Shown one piece after another: positions 45,397 to 55,629 of a DNA stretch of 64,000 nt. Positions within the stretch are counted from its first letter, which is position 1. Each line of letters opens with the position of its first letter. A model generated the notes under the pieces. The model did no database searches and was not told the origin of the DNA. It saw nothing but the letters and a program-made list of their open reading frames with translations. The DNA is from Deltaproteobacteria bacterium. Lineage in GTDB: Bacteria; Myxococcota; Kuafuiibacteriia; Kuafuiibacteriales; Kuafuiibacteriaceae. Position numbers and translations under genes: made by a program. The stretch lies in assembly GCA_040218735.1 (NCBI GenBank), contig JAVJQW010000019.1, positions 64,001 to 128,000 of the forward strand. Direction: 5' to 3'.

Positions 45397-47142
45397 ATGA
45401 GAGCGAAACGTCGTCTGTACGCCGGGTCCGGGCTCGTCGCGAAGAAGGTCGCGGAGTCGGAGCCGGGGATCGAAGCGAAGGACGTGAAGCTGCGCGTCGA
45501 CGGCGCGGACGTCGACACCGAGCAGGCGGTCGCGGACTTCGAGGGGCTGGAGGAGGCGATCTACCAGCTCGCGACGCTGGAGACGCCGCTGCTCGAGCCC
45601 GAGCGCGAGGACTTCGATTCGGATGAGGCGTTCGAGCGCGCGATGACGCGTTACGAAGGTCGCCTCGAGCGGAAGAAGCTCGCCGAGACCGCGCCGAAGC
45701 GCGACGACTACGAATCGGACGCGGACTTCGAGCGCGCGCAGCTCATCCACAAACGCCTGTCGACGCGGAAGAAGTGGATCGGCGAGCTGCTCGCCGCGGT
45801 GCCGAACGGCGTGAAGGCGATCCGAGCGACGGCCGAGAACCCGCCCGCGCTGTCGCCGACGGAGCAGCGGCGGCTCGCCTCGGGTGAGCACCTGCCCGTG
45901 CTCCCGGACGCCGACGCGTTGCTGCCGACGATGAAGTACGGCGCGGCGTTGTTGGTGACGGACTCGGTCAAGGAGACCGGCAAGCGGCTGCACCAGGCGA
46001 AGGACCTGCTCGTCGGGGGGGTGAAGCGGCTCTTTTCGCTGCGGAAGCACCCCGTCGTGGCGACGCCGACCGCGTTCGTCGCGCAGAACGCGAAGCGTTT
46101 GTTGGACAAGCCGGCGATGCGGCCGGTGAAGGTCGCGGGCGGTTACGCGGTGGACGCGGCGCCCTATCCGGTCGACGTGCTGCGCGAGGCGTTGTTCCGC
46201 GCGCACCCGCACAAGGTCGCGGCGACGCACCTCGTGGAGGCGACGCTCCCCGACGGGACGCAGAAGTTCGCGCGGGTGTCGGTGTCGGATCCGGGGATCG
46301 AGCTTTCGATCCTGAAGGAGGTCATCGGCACGAAGGTCGCGTCGATTCCGCCGTTCATCCCGTTCTCCGGGATCCCGCTGTGCGGGGCGTTGGCGGTGCG
46401 GTTCCATAAGTTGGCGACGGCGGCGTACCGCGCAGGGAACCTCCCGGAGGCGAAGGCCTTCGAACGCGCGCGCGACGACCTGGTGGTCTACTCGCTGGTC
46501 GGCGCCACGTGGGTCGTCGGTGAAGGTCTGTACTCCGCGGCGGCGGCGCTGCACGGCGCGCGCGCGCAGAGCGTGAAGGACGAGGACTTCGTCGAGATCG
46601 AGTGGCTGCGTTCGATGCCGGAGATCGATTTGCCGGAGAAGCAGCGCAAGCCACCGCCCGCGCTGCGTTCGCTGTTGGCTTCGTTCCGCGCGGCGAGCGC
46701 CGCGGCGGCTTCGAAGTACCGGCGGCGCCGGTTGGATCGCGTGATCGGATTGGAGAGCCTGGCGTTGGCGGCCAAGGATCCGGCGGCGGCGGTTTCATTG
46801 TTGCGGTCGTCGGTGATGCGCGGCCTCGAGCAGAGCCAGCACGCGCAGACGATGATGCGGCTGTCGGAGGCCTCGGCGGCCAAGGGCAACACGGCGCTGT
46901 CGGAGCTGTACCGGCGCACGGCGGTGAAGGCGATCGAGGCCTCGCTGTGCTCGGAAGGCGTCGCGGAGGCGCTGGAGAAGGCGATCGAGAAGGTGGAGTC
47001 CGGTGAAGGCCCGGACGAGACGACGATCGCCGCCGCGCAGAAGGCGGCGACGAAGCAGCTCACCGCGGAGGCGCCGATCGAAGCGGCGCTCGCGAAGGCG
47101 ACGGTCGAGGCGACGGAAGCCTTGTCGTGGCCGAACGACTAA
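45397..47142 (+). CDS. Hypothetical helical protein (581 aa)
   Basis: Long ORF with host-like codon use; internal repeat P.R.D(F/Y).SD..FERA x2; two hydrophobic segments. Confidence 0.65.
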   Translation: MRAKRRLYAGSGLVAKKVAESEPGIEAKDVKLRVDGADVDTEQAVADFEGLEEAIYQLATLETPLLEPEREDFDSDEAFERAMTRYEGRLERKKLAETAPKRDDYESDADFERAQLIHKRLSTRKKWIGELLAAVPNGVKAIRATAENPPALSPTEQRRLASGEHLPVLPDADALLPTMKYGAALLVTDSVKETGKRLHQAKDLLVGGVKRLFSLRKHPVVATPTAFVAQNAKRLLDKPAMRPVKVAGGYAVDAAPYPVDVLREALFRAHPHKVAATHLVEATLPDGTQKFARVSVSDPGIELSILKEVIGTKVASIPPFIPFSGIPLCGALAVRFHKLATAAYRAGNLPEAKAFERARDDLVVYSLVGATWVVGEGLYSAAAALHGARAQSVKDEDFVEIEWLRSMPEIDLPEKQRKPPPALRSLLASFRAASAAAASKYRRRRLDRVIGLESLALAAKDPAAAVSLLRSSVMRGLEQSQHAQTMMRLSEASAAKGNTALSELYRRTAVKAIEASLCSEGVAEALEKAIEKVESGEGPDETTIAAAQKAATKQLTAEAPIEAALAKATVEATEALSWPND

Positions 47143-47399
47143 AACGGCCGGTGCATCGGCCTCCCCGCCTACATCCGGACGCGGACGAGCGTCGTCGCAC
47201 GATGAAGTAACGCGTTCCGGGTGGGTCGACCTCCCAATCGTCCTCTTCTGCAATGCTGTGAGTAGTTGAGGTTGATCGGTTACCCGGCACGTCCTAGTCT
47301 CTTTCGCCCCTCACTGTTGAGTCGTCGCGAATGGCACTCCCAAACTGAAGCTGGTGCCGTTGTAAGGTCCTTTCGAACTCCCAGCATGAGATTCAGTCT

Positions 47400-50231
47400 A
47401 TGAGCAACTTTCGTATCTTCCTCTCGTCGCCGAATGCGGGACTTGGGAAGCACCGCGCATCCGTTTCTCAAATCGTGGACACGATGAATGGGTTTGAGCT
47501 GGTTTCAATGGAGCGGTTCTCTGCGATGCCCGAGCAACCCGCCGTGGCGTGCGTGGAGGCTGTCGATGCCTGTGATCTTGTGCTTGTCGTGCAAGGTCAC
47601 GCCTACGGGACTATCGTACCAGAGCAGAATATCTCCTTTACTCACTATGAATATGTCCACGCGAAACGCAACTCCAAACCGGTACTTGTCTTCCTGGAGC
47701 AGTTCCTTGCCAAGATGGAGCCCTCAGAACCGGTGGATCGATTCCGTCGAGAACTACTCCAGAACAGCGTCGTTGATTTCTTCAAAGACCCGTCCGATCT
47801 GGCGGCGCGGGTGGCGACAGCCATTCACAACTGGCACCATCAAACGGGCGGTCAAAGTTCCGTATCTGTAGAGCCACTTCCACCACAGCCTCGAATTGCG
47901 CATCCCTATCCGCTTGACGGATCGTTCGTTGGACGCACGACCGAGCGACGGGTCCTTTCGAAGTGGTTCACGCAAGGCGAAGAACAGATTCTTGTAATCG
48001 AGGCGATAGGCGGTCTTGGAAAGAGCGCCCTGGCTTGGTTCTGGTGCCAAGTTGACTTGCTCGGCGTACCGATGCCGAGCAAACACACACTGCCGCGCTG
48101 TCATGCGGAGGTCGAACCTGAAGGCGTGCTCTGGTGGTCATTCTACGAGGTGAATGCCAGGTTCCCTCAGTTCGTTGCGGGAGCCCTCGAATACGTTCGC
48201 GGAACAAAGGAGAGGAAAGGGGGTGGAACCGAGGAACTCTTGCAGCGGCTCCGGGAAGGTCGGTTCTTGATAGTTATCGACGGGTTTGAGCGAGAGCTAC
48301 GAAGCTACGAGGCCGGCTATGGTTCAAGTCAGGGGGACACACCGCCGCGCGGGAGCCGTCGGGAGGCACGTCAGTGCCTCGATCCGGACGCCGCGCGATT
48401 TCTTCGAGACTTCGCCTCTACGCCCGCGATGCGGTCACGCATCCTGATGACAACTCGCCTTTTTCCAATAGAACTAGAGGCTACGGACGGAGAGCCGCTC
48501 CCTCTATGTCGCCGGCTAAGGCTTGGAGATTTTGAGGACGATGAGGCAGTTGCACTGTTTGATCGCTCGGGCATATCCGCATCACGAAGCGACATTCTGC
48601 ATCTTGCTTCGAAGTACGGACATCACCCACTTGCTCTTCGTCTCCTGATTGGCGTCATTAAGAACGACCTTTTTGAAGACCCGGCATCTCTTTCTGCTGC
48701 TGAGACCTATGATCCTATCCCTAGACTTATTCGCCGCGACCACCATATCCTGGAAGTCGCATACGATTCGCTCGCCGCACCGAACAGAGCACTCCTAAGT
48801 AGGCTCGCTGCATTCAGGGGTGTTGTTAACTCTCCGAAGATTCGAGTCGCAGAGAAGGCAGGTGCAGGTCGCGATGAGACTGAGCTACGTGCGGCGGTGC
48901 GAGATCTGGTTGAGCGCAACCTGCTCCTCAAGGAGCCTCGACGAGGTGTGTTCGACCTACATCCGGTGGTGCGCAAGTACGCCTACGACCGACTCTTAAA
49001 CAAGAGATCAGTTCATCTCGATCTATCTAACTACTTTCAAGCATACTCGACAGATGTTGCGATCGAGAAGCGAGGCGACCTTGAAACAGTAATAGAGTTG
49101 TTTCATCAACTTGTTGCTTCTGGTGATCGCCATGAAGCGCTCAAGCTGACCAGGCTACGTCTGCATGCTCCGCTTGTGGATCGTTTTCACGATATCCGGA
49201 CGGCGCTGGAAATCTTTGGAGCTCTTGCGCCCGACGAGATGCCAAGACCGGCGCCACCAGGCCCCTTCAATCTCTGGTACTGGTTCAACCAGCGCTATGG
49301 ACCCTTGCTACGTTCTGCGGGTTTCGCAGACCGAGCCCAGCGGTGGATTAGGTCGGCGTTGGTGGACGGTCATAGCCAGGCTGCCATCTTCGATCTTCAA
49401 CAGACGATTACAGAGGCACTTGAAAAAGCCGTTGACCACGCGATGAGTCTTCGGGCGGTCGGCAGGCTATCTGAGGCTCTCCATATTTGTAGCACCAACA
49501 TAGGCGCGAGCAACACCGGTCTAGCCGCGCCCACCGAGGCCGTCGTTCTGGCCCGTATATCACTCGTATGCGAGTCGGGACTAATTTTCGCCTACAGCGG
49601 TCAGCTTTCGAAGGCCGAAGAGTTCCTTGAGCCGGAGTTCGCCTGGCCGAACGAGTCCGCTGCCGTCGCGGTGGTTTCGGCTCGCCAGAGCCGGTATCGA
49701 TCTTTTCTCTATACGCTGAAGGGAAACACGAGGCGCGCCGCCGTCCTCGCGCGCTGCGGTCTTGATAGGCTCGACGCTCTATCTCAAAAGAGCGTTGGCG
49801 CCGTTGAAGAGAGGATCTTCGCGTTGAGCCAGTTCGCGGTCTGCGTCGCGAAGGGAGAGCCGGCTTCATCTGAACACTTTGGCAGTATTAGCATCGAACT
49901 CAACGAAGCCATCCGACAGGCGAGAGAGCTAGCGCTCGGCGAGGCTGAACTCGACGCATTAATTGCTGCGGCCCAGATAAGCTCAAGGATGGAACTTGAA
50001 GCCGAGGCAGAACGCTACGCGCGAATGGCAGTGGATTGGGCCGAGCGGGGAGGTTATCGCCCAAGACTATCGGACTCAATTCTAATCCTAGCCAGACTAG
50101 TCGGCGAGGAAAATGGGGCAGTCGACCTTGCACTCCGAGCCTTGGCGGTCTCCCGTTTCGATTCGAAGTTGCCGTATCGGATTGGCGTCGATGCGGCCAG
50201 CGAGCTCGCAATGCTGAGCGAAGGTGAATAG
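47400..50231 (+). CDS. DUF4062 - STAND (NB-ARC-like) NTPase - TPR-like protein on a low-GC island
   Basis: N-terminal RIFLSS..ME.F..C.EAVDACD..G.AYG..SFTHYEY (DUF4062); FVGR; Walker A AIGGLGKS; Walker B LIVIDGFE; LMTTR; HPLAL; LHPVVR; helical C-terminus. Confidence 0.82.
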   Translation: MSNFRIFLSSPNAGLGKHRASVSQIVDTMNGFELVSMERFSAMPEQPAVACVEAVDACDLVLVVQGHAYGTIVPEQNISFTHYEYVHAKRNSKPVLVFLEQFLAKMEPSEPVDRFRRELLQNSVVDFFKDPSDLAARVATAIHNWHHQTGGQSSVSVEPLPPQPRIAHPYPLDGSFVGRTTERRVLSKWFTQGEEQILVIEAIGGLGKSALAWFWCQVDLLGVPMPSKHTLPRCHAEVEPEGVLWWSFYEVNARFPQFVAGALEYVRGTKERKGGGTEELLQRLREGRFLIVIDGFERELRSYEAGYGSSQGDTPPRGSRREARQCLDPDAARFLRDFASTPAMRSRILMTTRLFPIELEATDGEPLPLCRRLRLGDFEDDEAVALFDRSGISASRSDILHLASKYGHHPLALRLLIGVIKNDLFEDPASLSAAETYDPIPRLIRRDHHILEVAYDSLAAPNRALLSRLAAFRGVVNSPKIRVAEKAGAGRDETELRAAVRDLVERNLLLKEPRRGVFDLHPVVRKYAYDRLLNKRSVHLDLSNYFQAYSTDVAIEKRGDLETVIELFHQLVASGDRHEALKLTRLRLHAPLVDRFHDIRTALEIFGALAPDEMPRPAPPGPFNLWYWFNQRYGPLLRSAGFADRAQRWIRSALVDGHSQAAIFDLQQTITEALEKAVDHAMSLRAVGRLSEALHICSTNIGASNTGLAAPTEAVVLARISLVCESGLIFAYSGQLSKAEEFLEPEFAWPNESAAVAVVSARQSRYRSFLYTLKGNTRRAAVLARCGLDRLDALSQKSVGAVEERIFALSQFAVCVAKGEPASSEHFGSISIELNEAIRQARELALGEAELDALIAAAQISSRMELEAEAERYARMAVDWAERGGYRPRLSDSILILARLVGEENGAVDLALRALAVSRFDSKLPYRIGVDAASELAMLSEGE

Positions 50232-50388
50232 CAAGCCGTCGCTCAATCCAACCCCAACACGGTACTCGTTCCGCAGTTGCGCAAACCACGCGGTACGCCG
50301 AGACCTTGCCTGTGTCGGCGTAGAGAGAGGTCTACGAGTTCCCCACTAACTAAACGCTTGAGAATCTTGCCCGGTTCGGCTCCTCGGT

Positions 50389-53187
50389 TCAGTCCACGAT
50401 CGCCTTCACCAACGCGTCCAACCCCGCCTCGACATCCGCGCCCAGGTGCACGCGCACCAGGCGTCGCTCGCGCTTCGACAGCGCCAGAATATCCCCGGCC
50501 TCCTGCGCCCGCTTCAACGCCCCAAACGTGTAGCTCTCGCCGGGGACGTCCAGATCCGTCGCGTCGTCGCTCGTGATCACCAAGAACACCCCGTTGTTCG
50601 CGCCGCCCTTGTGCAGCTGCCCCGTCGAGTGGAGGAACCTCGGCCCGTACCCGACCGTCGTCGCCACCCCCTTCGAGTCCCGGAGGTGGTGCCGGATCGC
50701 CTGCAGCCGCGCATCGTTCGCGTCGTTCATCTCCACGTACGCGTTGAGCGCCACATAGTCCCCGTCACCCGCACGACCCAAGTGCGCCTTCAAAGCCGCC
50801 GCCAGATCCGACGCCCCCTCGAAGACCCCCGCGTTCGCCGCGTCGGTGCTCAGCGCGATCCCGTCGAACGTTCCCACCGACTCCAACTTCTCGACGTCAC
50901 GCCCCTCGAGGATCTCCTTCGTGAACGTCTTCGACTCCTGCACGTTCGGCTGGTCGAACGGGTTGAAGCCCATGACGTGCCCCGCCGTCGCCGTCGCGAT
51001 CTCCCAGCGGAACATCTCCTGCACCAGGTCCTCCGGCTCCGGCAGCACGAAGCGCAGCACCGGGTGCCCCGCCGCCTCCAGCGCCGCGAGCTTCTCGACG
51101 TCGTCAGCGACGTCATCGCCCGCCACCACCAGGTGCGCGAACACCCGATCGCTCCCGTACACCTCAGGCGCCCCGAGCGACTCCCCGTCGATCGGCACGA
51201 TCCCCTTGCCGTGTTTGCCGGTGCTCTCCGCGATGAGCTGCTCGACCCAGGCCCCGAACGTCGCGATCGACGACGAACACACCAAGGTCAACTTGTCCCG
51301 CCCAGCGAGCGCGAGCTCGCCGAGGATCACCCCCAACCGAACGCCCGGGTTCGCGTGCGGCGGCACCGACGCGTCACACGAGCCGATCATCAACCGCGCA
51401 CGGTCCAACAGGTCCTGCACGTCCATCCCCATCGCCGCCGCCGGCACCAAGCCGAACGGGGACAGCGCCGAGTAACGCCCGCCGACCTCCGGGTCGCCGT
51501 TGTAGATGCCACGGAAGTCGCGCTCCATCGCCATGCGCTCCAGCTTCGAACCCGGGTCCGTCACCGCGATGAACTGCCCGCCGTCCGACTCCCGAGCCCA
51601 GAAGAACGAATCGAACGCGAGCGGCTCCGTCGTCGTGCCGCTCTTGCTCGCGACGATGAACACCGTGTCGTCATCACCGATCGCCGAGACCATCGACGCC
51701 ACCTGCGCCGGCACCGTCGAGTCCAACACCATCAGCTCCGGCGCGTCCTCCTGCGCGCCGAACGTCGCGCGGAACACGTCGGGCGCGAGCGACGAACCGC
51801 CCATGCCCATCACCACCACGCGCCGCACGCCGTCGTCGCGCAGGTCGTCGATTAGATCCTCGAGGTGCTCGACGTTCGCCTCCATCGTGTGCGCGATGTC
51901 GAGCCAACCCATGTACGAAGCGGCGACGCCGTGGTCCTTCGACGTCGTCCCGAACAACGTCCCGTCGCGCGCCCACAGCCGACGCACGAACGACGAAGAC
52001 GCCAGCCGATCCAACCGCGCCTCCACGTCCGTGCCGAACGATCCGATCGACACGTCCATCGTCGAGAGGTGCCCCGTCAGCGCCGCCTCGCGACGCTGCG
52101 CGACCGTCGACAGCAACCCGTCGAACGCCACCGCGAACTTGTCGACGCCTTCCTTCTCGAGCTGCGCCGCCGCCGCGCCGAGATCGATCCCACACGCCGC
52201 CAGCTCCGCGAGCGCCGCCTCGGCGCCGTCCTGCACGAGGGTGTCCGCGACCTCGCCGTGGTCGAGGAACGCCTCGAACGTCTTCGTTGGGATCGTGTTC
52301 ACCGTGTCCGGCCCGATGAGCTGCTCGACGTAGAGTGTGTCGCGGTACGCCGGATCCTTCGTCGACGTGCTCGCCCACAGCAGCCGCTGCGGACGCGCCC
52401 CCGCCGAAGCCAACGCCGCCCACCGATCACTCGCGAGCAGCTCCGTGTAGATCCCGTACGCCGCGCGCGCGTTCTGGATCGCGACCTGCCCGCGCAGCGC
52501 ATCCAGCCGCGAAGCGAGCGAAGGATCCTCCGCCTTGCGCGCGTCGATCTGTCCATCGATCAGCGCGTCGATCCGGCTCACGAAGAAGCTCGCGACGCTC
52601 GCGATCCGCGACGGGTCTCCGCCGTGCTCCACGAAGTGCTCCAGCCCCGCGAGGTACCCCTCCGCGACTTCGCGGTAACGCTCGCACGAGAACAAGAGCG
52701 TGACGTTCACGTTCACGCCCTCGCCGATCAGGTGCTCGAACGCCGTGAGCCCCTCCTCGGTCCCGGGCACCTTGATCATGAGGTTGTCGCGACCGACGTC
52801 CTCCCAGAGCCGCTCCGCCTGCTCGACGGTGCGCTCGGTGTCGTACGCGAGGTGCGGCGAGACCTCGAGGCTGACGTAGCCGTCGACGCGATCCGTGTCG
52901 CGGTACGTCGGGCGGAGCACGTCACACGCGAAGCGCACGTCGTCGATCGCCAGGGATTCGTAGACCTCCATCGGTCCGACGCCCGTGCGGACCACGTGGT
53001 AGATCGCCGGGTCGTAGTCGTCGGAGGAGCCGATCGCCTTCTCGAAGATCGAAGGGTTGGTGGTGACACCCCGGACGCCGTGGTCGGCGACGAGCCGGTA
53101 GAGGCCGCCCGTCCAGATCATGCTGCGTTCGAGATCGTCGAGCCACACGGACTGACGGCGTTCCTGGAGGTCTCGGATTCGGCTCAT
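50389..53187 (-). CDS. tal: Bifunctional transaldolase / glucose-6-phosphate isomerase
   Basis: GVTTNPSIF, VSLEVSP, MIKVP, NVNVTLLFS, LWASTSTK; then GMGGSSL, SKSGTT.E, GGRYS, EQLIAESTGK, NPFDQPNV. Confidence 0.95.
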   Translation of the reverse strand: MSRIRDLQERRQSVWLDDLERSMIWTGGLYRLVADHGVRGVTTNPSIFEKAIGSSDDYDPAIYHVVRTGVGPMEVYESLAIDDVRFACDVLRPTYRDTDRVDGYVSLEVSPHLAYDTERTVEQAERLWEDVGRDNLMIKVPGTEEGLTAFEHLIGEGVNVNVTLLFSCERYREVAEGYLAGLEHFVEHGGDPSRIASVASFFVSRIDALIDGQIDARKAEDPSLASRLDALRGQVAIQNARAAYGIYTELLASDRWAALASAGARPQRLLWASTSTKDPAYRDTLYVEQLIGPDTVNTIPTKTFEAFLDHGEVADTLVQDGAEAALAELAACGIDLGAAAAQLEKEGVDKFAVAFDGLLSTVAQRREAALTGHLSTMDVSIGSFGTDVEARLDRLASSSFVRRLWARDGTLFGTTSKDHGVAASYMGWLDIAHTMEANVEHLEDLIDDLRDDGVRRVVVMGMGGSSLAPDVFRATFGAQEDAPELMVLDSTVPAQVASMVSAIGDDDTVFIVASKSGTTTEPLAFDSFFWARESDGGQFIAVTDPGSKLERMAMERDFRGIYNGDPEVGGRYSALSPFGLVPAAAMGMDVQDLLDRARLMIGSCDASVPPHANPGVRLGVILGELALAGRDKLTLVCSSSIATFGAWVEQLIAESTGKHGKGIVPIDGESLGAPEVYGSDRVFAHLVVAGDDVADDVEKLAALEAAGHPVLRFVLPEPEDLVQEMFRWEIATATAGHVMGFNPFDQPNVQESKTFTKEILEGRDVEKLESVGTFDGIALSTDAANAGVFEGASDLAAALKAHLGRAGDGDYVALNAYVEMNDANDARLQAIRHHLRDSKGVATTVGYGPRFLHSTGQLHKGGANNGVFLVITSDDATDLDVPGESYTFGALKRAQEAGDILALSKRERRLVRVHLGADVEAGLDALVKAIVD

Positions 53188-53279
53188 GGGCGGGGACTCA
53201 AGCGCGACCCTTCGGTCGCGTCAACACGCGCCTATTCGTTGGCGCGGGCGCCGGGTTTGGGGCACCATCCCCCCTCCTC

Positions 53280-54155
53280 GTGCCGTTCTCCTGGCTCCTG
53301 TTCGGGTCCGTAAAAGCGTCGGCGACCGACCGCGCGGAGGCCCTCGCGTCCAAGACGATCGAGCACGTCACGGACTCGACGACGTCCTGCACGACCGTCA
53401 CCGGGGGCAAGCAGACGAAAGGTGCGCTGCCGGTCACCTCCGACTTCTTCGACGCCGCGATCTACTCGTCGCGCGGACGCGGCTACGCGCGTTACAACGA
53501 GGACGGCGCGCAGCTCTTCCGCGACGAGCGCGGGCACGTCTACGCGGGCGTCTTCGACCAGGCCGGCGGGCTCGGCGGCAACGTCCGCGGCGAAGGCAGC
53601 GCCCTCGCCGCGAAGGCGTTGTTCGGCGCGTTCCGCAAGGTCGCCACCGCGAAGCCCGGCACGAGCGACATCCCCGCGCTCCTCACGCAGGGCGTGCAGG
53701 ACGCCCACCAGGCCCTCGTCGGCCGGCGCCAAGGCGAGGTGACGACCACCGTCGCGGTGATCGCCGAGCCCGGCCGCGCCCGCCTCGTGAACTCCGGCGA
53801 CTCCGCCGCGATGTTGTTCGATGCGAAGGGCGAGGGGAAGACACACACCGCCAAACACGAGGTCACCACCGCGGGGGGCATCGGCTGCCTCACCCACGCC
53901 GTCGGGCTGGAGCCGGAGGGGCCTTCGCCCGAGACCTACGAGTGGGGCCTCGCGAAGGGGGACTGGCTCGTGCTGTGCTCGGACGGGCTGCTCGACTCGG
54001 GGATGCCGCTCGACGAGCTCGGCCGGATGATGCGCGAGGCGGACAACGCGGAGGCGTTCGTGAACGCGCTGGCGACGAAGGTGCTGAAGCGGATGGCGTT
54101 GATGCAGGCGAAGCCTGACAACCTGACGATCATCGCAGTCAACGTCCTCGGTTGA
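53280..54155 (+). CDS. PP2C-family Ser/Thr phosphatase
   Basis: NEDG, GVFDQAGG, NSGDS, LCSDGL, DNLT. Confidence 0.85.
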   Translation: MPFSWLLFGSVKASATDRAEALASKTIEHVTDSTTSCTTVTGGKQTKGALPVTSDFFDAAIYSSRGRGYARYNEDGAQLFRDERGHVYAGVFDQAGGLGGNVRGEGSALAAKALFGAFRKVATAKPGTSDIPALLTQGVQDAHQALVGRRQGEVTTTVAVIAEPGRARLVNSGDSAAMLFDAKGEGKTHTAKHEVTTAGGIGCLTHAVGLEPEGPSPETYEWGLAKGDWLVLCSDGLLDSGMPLDELGRMMREADNAEAFVNALATKVLKRMALMQAKPDNLTIIAVNVLG

Positions 54156-54282
54156 ACCAACACACGGTCACCCCACCTCCATCCCCCGCTCCCGGTTCCG
54201 ACTCTTCAGTTCCCCGTTCCCAGTGCCCCAATCGGATCCACCACCCTCGAACCGCAGGTGATCCGCGCTACAATCGAAAGCG

Positions 54283-55590
54283 TTGGAGTTCTTCCACGTC
54301 CTCTTCGCCGGGGCCGCCTGCGCCGCCGCGGCCCTCGTCGCCTCGCGCACCGCGCGGGCGCGCCGCACCTTGAGCGCGTTGGAGCACCTCGCGGGTGAGC
54401 TCGGCTTCTTCCTCACCGAGCGCACCACGGGCGGCGGCACGATCGAAGGTGAGATCGAGTCTCGCCACTGCTCCGTCGAGATGCACGCCGAGCAGGACTC
54501 CACGCTGATCATCATCGGCGTGAACGCACCCGACGCGTTCGCCACGGACGCCCGCATAGCGCTCGATCCGCGCCAACCGATCGGCCTCGAATCGGACCTC
54601 GGCGTCACCGCCGCGTACGTGGACGGCGAGCTCCTCGACATCGCCCAGGGCGCGCACTTCTTCAGCGTCGACCGCGGACGCGCCGTGCTCCACTGGCGCC
54701 TCGACGCGCTGTCGAAGTGGGACGAGGACCCGACGAAACAACAGTGGCCGCTCGAGGGCGCGCAAGATCGCTTGCACCGCTTCGCGCGCTGGACGAGCCG
54801 CGCTGCGATGCGCAGCCACACCACCCCCGAACGCCTCGCGGAGTCCGCGATGCACAACCCGGATCCCGCGACGCGCATCCGCGCGCTGCGCTCGCTCCGA
54901 TCCTGTTACCCGAACACCGACGCCGCCCACGAAGCACGCCGCGCCGGGCTCGACGATCCGTACCCGGAGGTCCGCGTCGAAGCCGCTACGCGCCTCGGCC
55001 CCGACGGCCTCTCCGTGCTCGCGTCGATCGTGCGAGATCCGAAGATCGCCGCCGCGACGCGCGTGCGCGCGATCGAGCGCCTCGCGTACGAAGCCACGCG
55101 CCCGATGATGTGCCGTGTGCTGTTCGACGTCGCGTTCGACCCCGACCGCGAAGTGAGCATCCAGGCGATCGAGCGCCTCGCGCGGATCGCCGACGACGCG
55201 ACCGCCGCCCGCGTCATCACGATGGCGCGCTACCGCACCCTCGACGAGGGCCCGCTGATCGCGCTGTCCCGCTTCCTCGGCGTCCGCGGCGGCGAAGAAG
55301 CCGCCGCGCTCCTGCTCTCGCTCCTGGAGGTCCGCAGCGAGCCCGCGCTGATCGCCGCCGCGACCGAGTCCGCCATTCACCTCGGCCCCGGCGTCGCCGC
55401 GCGCGCGATGGCGATCCTCAAGGACCGCCCGGGCCTCGCGAAGCTCGGTGAAGCACGCCGGGCGATCGAAGACCTGCGCATCGCGATCGGCGAAGGCCAC
55501 CGCGGCGGCCTCGCCTTCGCGGGCGCCGACGCCGGCACCCTCTCCGTGTCCCGCGGCGAAAAGGGCGCGGTCAGCGTCGACGACGAATGA
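54283..55590 (+). CDS. HEAT-repeat protein with N-terminal membrane anchor
   Basis: TACAAT 8 nt before TTG; hydrophobic N-terminus; LDDPYPEVRVEAATRL-type repeats. Confidence 0.68.
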   Translation: MEFFHVLFAGAACAAAALVASRTARARRTLSALEHLAGELGFFLTERTTGGGTIEGEIESRHCSVEMHAEQDSTLIIIGVNAPDAFATDARIALDPRQPIGLESDLGVTAAYVDGELLDIAQGAHFFSVDRGRAVLHWRLDALSKWDEDPTKQQWPLEGAQDRLHRFARWTSRAAMRSHTTPERLAESAMHNPDPATRIRALRSLRSCYPNTDAAHEARRAGLDDPYPEVRVEAATRLGPDGLSVLASIVRDPKIAAATRVRAIERLAYEATRPMMCRVLFDVAFDPDREVSIQAIERLARIADDATAARVITMARYRTLDEGPLIALSRFLGVRGGEEAAALLLSLLEVRSEPALIAAATESAIHLGPGVAARAMAILKDRPGLAKLGEARRAIEDLRIAIGEGHRGGLAFAGADAGTLSVSRGEKGAVSVDDE

Positions 55591-55629
55591 CGGAGCGCGC
55601 GGCGACCGCGCCATCCCTAAGCTCGCCGG

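Noticed and set aside
47143-50388. Integrative element, tRNA or att sites flanking the low-GC gene
   Set aside because: No tRNA cloverleaf, flanking direct or inverted repeats, or recombinase could be found by eye.
54165-54250. Pyrimidine-rich intergenic tract (TTCCC-like words) as terminator or repeat
   Set aside because: No clear stem with U-tract and no second copy identified.
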